Source: Longimicrobiales bacterium (GTDB taxonomy: Bacteria > Gemmatimonadota > Gemmatimonadetes > Longimicrobiales > Gaopeijiaceae). Taken from it: DNA of 64,000 nt. The stretch covers positions 1,120,001-1,184,000 of the forward strand of contig CBDDCX010000008.1 in assembly GCA_965226375.1 (NCBI GenBank). Direction: 5' to 3'. The notes beneath the pieces were generated by a model, which saw nothing but the letters and a program-made list of their open reading frames with translations, searched no databases and was not told the origin of the DNA. The translations under genes were made by a program, and so were the position numbers. Below are positions 61,198-64,000 of this stretch, one piece after another (within the stretch, counting starts at the first letter, position 1; each line of letters opens with the position of its first letter).

Positions 61198-62598
61198 TCA
61201 GGAAATGGGTCTCTGGACCCCGTCGGGACCGTTGTCGTAGTCCTGTACGCTCGAGCTGTTGGGCATGCCCCAATCGTTTCCGTTCCAGCCGTCGAATCCG
61301 TCCATTTTGACCGCCCAGAAGCCCGTCGTCATGTCGCTGATGACGACCAGTCCATCGTGGTTGCGTACGTCCACGCCCCAGGCGCCGTCGTATACGCCCC
61401 AGGTAAAGTTCCCGCGGCCACTGGCATCTCCCATGCTCCCTGCGTTGTGCGGACCGTCGAACGTATCGTAGTAGCCCACGGTGTAGGGATTTTCCGGGTC
61501 CATCATGTTGAAGACCGAAAGGCCGGTCTCGTAGCCGGAGACGAACACATACGGCCAACGCACCTCATGGTTATGGGCGATGGTCTCCCAGTCGGGGGTC
61601 CACGCCCCGATGGCGCGGTTGATGTTGAGCATCTCTCCCCGGGCCGCCGCCTGGTTGCCCGCCCCGAGGTCGAACACCCGCAGGGGCTGGTATTGCCACT
61701 CGGCCTCACCGATGGCGTAGCGCCCGTCCGGCGTCGGAGTGAACGTGTGTCCCCAGTTGAATCCCGCCACACCGGTGATGGTGAACTGAATCTCCGGCTC
61801 ATCGGGGCGGGTGATGTCCCACACGTAATACCCACCTCCGCCTGCACCGTAAAAACGGTCTTGCTGGGTGCTGGGATCGAACATGGCATAGAGGTCATGG
61901 TACCCGGTGGACAGATCTCCCGGATTCGCGGGAACGCCGATGGTCCCGATCAGTCCTTGATCGTCATCCCCTGCCACGAACTCGCCCAGGTCATACAGCT
62001 TGGTGCCGCTCGACGTGGCGAAGAGGATCACCCTGCCGTCCGAGTGCTTGTAGATGAAGATGTTGTGGAACCCCCCCGGGTTGTCCGGCACCCGGAACCG
62101 TCGCACTTCTCGCACCTGCGAAACGTCGGGAAGCCCGGTCACGTCGAAGACGATGCCTGCGACCTCCGAGTCGGGACCGCCGCTCCCGAATTGCGTGGAC
62201 TGCAGGTAGTAGTAGCGGTCGTCGATCTTGAAGTACTTTCCGTCGACGGCTCCCCTGCCCTGGTGGAGCGGAGAGTTCTCGATTCGCCACTCGTAGATGA
62301 TCTCGGCGTTGTCGGGGTCCTCGAGGTTGATGATGTCGAAGCCGGTTTCGCGAAGTCGAGAGACATACGCGTAAGGCCTCTCCGGATCCTGTTCGAGCTC
62401 GATGTCGCCGGTGGTGTACTTGCCGCCGAGCGTAATGTGCGACAGAACCTGGACGTTGGTGCTGCCTTGGAGTCCCAGAGGCCGTGGTGAGGTCGCCGAC
62501 GTCCGACCGCCCGACGTTTGTCCCAACGCGCCCACGGCAGAGACGCTCAACGTTACCAGGAGCCACACTCCGATCGACCAAGACCGTCTGCCAAACAC
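61198..62598 (-). CDS. Secreted LVIVD-repeat-like beta-propeller protein; start approximate
   Basis: Signal peptide; repeated blades with HN/HD/HT motifs (GFHNIF, YHDLY, GHTF, AHNHEV); GAWGVD. Confidence 0.65.
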   Translation of the reverse strand: MFGRRSWSIGVWLLVTLSVSAVGALGQTSGGRTSATSPRPLGLQGSTNVQVLSHITLGGKYTTGDIELEQDPERPYAYVSRLRETGFDIINLEDPDNAEIIYEWRIENSPLHQGRGAVDGKYFKIDDRYYYLQSTQFGSGGPDSEVAGIVFDVTGLPDVSQVREVRRFRVPDNPGGFHNIFIYKHSDGRVILFATSSGTKLYDLGEFVAGDDDQGLIGTIGVPANPGDLSTGYHDLYAMFDPSTQQDRFYGAGGGGYYVWDITRPDEPEIQFTITGVAGFNWGHTFTPTPDGRYAIGEAEWQYQPLRVFDLGAGNQAAARGEMLNINRAIGAWTPDWETIAHNHEVRWPYVFVSGYETGLSVFNMMDPENPYTVGYYDTFDGPHNAGSMGDASGRGNFTWGVYDGAWGVDVRNHDGLVVISDMTTGFWAVKMDGFDGWNGNDWGMPNSSSVQDYDNGPDGVQRPIS

Positions 62599-62688
62599 TG
62601 GACCACCTCCGTCTGGATTGAACCGCGGCCCACGACACACCGCGAAGCTGCAACATATGGGCGAGAGACCCCCTGCGACAGCAAAGGG

Positions 62689-63579
62689 TCAGGCGGCCTC
62701 GGCCGCCGGAAGCAGACGTTCCACCCAAGCGGACCGGAGCATGGCGACCGCCGCGTAGGTCACCACCACCACGACCAGCCAACGCATGGTGGTCAGCGGC
62801 AGGGATCCGACGATAAAGGCCGCGACGAGCACGGCCGGGACACCACCGATGGCCAGCCCCAGAGCCGGAAGATGCTCGTAGGCGTTGGCCTTGAGGAAGC
62901 GTACGGCCGCCACGGGCATGAGAAACGCCGAAGAGCCCATCATGATGGGAAAGGCGACCGCCGGGTTCAGCCCGAGCAGGCTGATCACGATCATCGCCGG
63001 CGCATACATGCCCATGCCCAACGTCATGAGCGCGCCGAGGATGAAGAAGCACACCATACCGACCGCAAGGAAGAGGCCGGCAAGGGCGATGGCCTCACCA
63101 CCGACCGGGGCGGACCCCAGGTTTGCCATCACGAAGGTCGCTCCCGCCAGCAGCAGGGCGGTGCCCATGCCGATCTGAATTTTGCGGCGAGGCCAACCGG
63201 CCACCACGCCCGCTCCCAGCCAGGCCCCCAAGACCGAGGCCCCGATGAGCGTGGTGAGCGTGAGCATGTCCACTTCGATGATGGCGATGAAGATGAACGC
63301 CTGCACGATGACAGCCAGGGTATGACCCACGTGCATGGTCCCCGGAATGCGCTCATCGGGGACGAGCTTTTGCAGCTTGTACCAGGACGTCGTGGGCGCG
63401 AACGAGCCGATGCCCAAGGTGTCGAAAAAATTGGTGACGAAGCCGATCGTGGACAGAATCGGCGAGGGGAGTCTAGCGTTCTCTTCTTCGCCTCGACCGC
63501 CCGCGCGGACGCTTTGGACCCAGCGCGTCACGTAGACGACGCCGAAGATGGCGAGCACGAGGAAGAGCAAGTTGCGCAT
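62689..63579 (-). CDS. Sulfite exporter TauE/SafE family permease
   Basis: GFVTNFFDTLGIGSFAPT, GMGMYAP..FPIMMGS; multiple TM helices. Confidence 0.8.
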   Translation of the reverse strand: MRNLLFLVLAIFGVVYVTRWVQSVRAGGRGEEENARLPSPILSTIGFVTNFFDTLGIGSFAPTTSWYKLQKLVPDERIPGTMHVGHTLAVIVQAFIFIAIIEVDMLTLTTLIGASVLGAWLGAGVVAGWPRRKIQIGMGTALLLAGATFVMANLGSAPVGGEAIALAGLFLAVGMVCFFILGALMTLGMGMYAPAMIVISLLGLNPAVAFPIMMGSSAFLMPVAAVRFLKANAYEHLPALGLAIGGVPAVLVAAFIVGSLPLTTMRWLVVVVVTYAAVAMLRSAWVERLLPAAEAA

Positions 63580-63643
63580 GGGCCCCGAACGTATGCGGTC
63601 CGAAAGCCAGGTGCGAATAAGTGGGGGGTCGGCCCAGGTCGCC

Positions 63644-64000
63644 TTAGCCTTCCCAGAGCTGCGTGCTCGGCACAAAGGTGGCCCACGCGAACCAGAAGGA
63701 CACGTACGCCTGCGGAACTCCCTCCAGCCTTTCCCCCAGCAACGCCCCGGATACCGCCACACCCTCCAGCGACCACACGCTCCCGGTATCCACGTCCACA
63801 ATCAGATCTCCGCGCGCCTCGAATTCCACGTTGGAGCCACCGTAGGAGGGCCGAAAGGCCACGGCCGCTTGTGCCTCGCGATTCCAGAAAATGACCACGG
63901 GTCTTCCGGCTGCGCGGTCGTGGATGACACGTACCGGCTCCCCATTGTCGAGAGCGCCGAAAGGAAACGCGATGGCCCCGCCGATCACCTCACGGTCGTA
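63644..64000 (-). CDS. DUF3179-like protein, C-terminal part (runs off window)
   Basis: DTGSVWSLEGVAVSG.L.G..L and SFWFAWATF.P. Confidence 0.7.
   Translation of the reverse strand, partial: YDREVIGGAIAFPFGALDNGEPVRVIHDRAAGRPVVIFWNREAQAAVAFRPSYGGSNVEFEARGDLIVDVDTGSVWSLEGVAVSGALLGERLEGVPQAYVSFWFAWATFVPSTQLWEG

Overview
High-GC bacterial chromosome window (gene content and style suggest Gemmatimonadota, an inference only) that appears to span the replication terminus. Left arm (1-30.8 kb, almost all + strand): fabG-acpP-fabF-ispF-dedA-xerD, an S41 peptidase, nadE, a glutamine amidotransferase, an IS3 copy, then a ~20 kb closely coupled run kdsB-pyrG-kdsA-kdsC-kdsD-lptC-lptA-like-lptB-rpoN followed by glycosylation/acyltransferase genes and rlpA. 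At 30874-30901 there is a canonical dif site. At 37490-37517 there is a second, directly repeated dif-like site with an intact XerC arm and identical spacer but a degenerate XerD arm. Between them lies a 6.6 kb, more AT-rich island with no integrase (about 4.0 kb without its two IS elements). It carries small DNA-binding-like ORFs, 12-bp-period repeats and decayed cargo genes, and reads as an Xer-exploiting integrative element (IMEX), the top candidate for an undescribed system. Right arm (mostly - strand): TPR, Crp/Fnr, MFS, sirtuin, a lipoprotein metalloprotease, HmuY, a complete quinohemoprotein amine dehydrogenase / CTQ biosynthesis cluster (qhpG-A-D-C-B-F-E), further accessory genes and a second IS1595. 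The two IS3 copies have non-canonical 7-bp end extensions, and a 49-bp piece of the IS3 transposase sits in frame inside an unrelated gene. No tRNA, rRNA or CRISPR array was seen. All family calls are from motif recognition by eye, without database searches.
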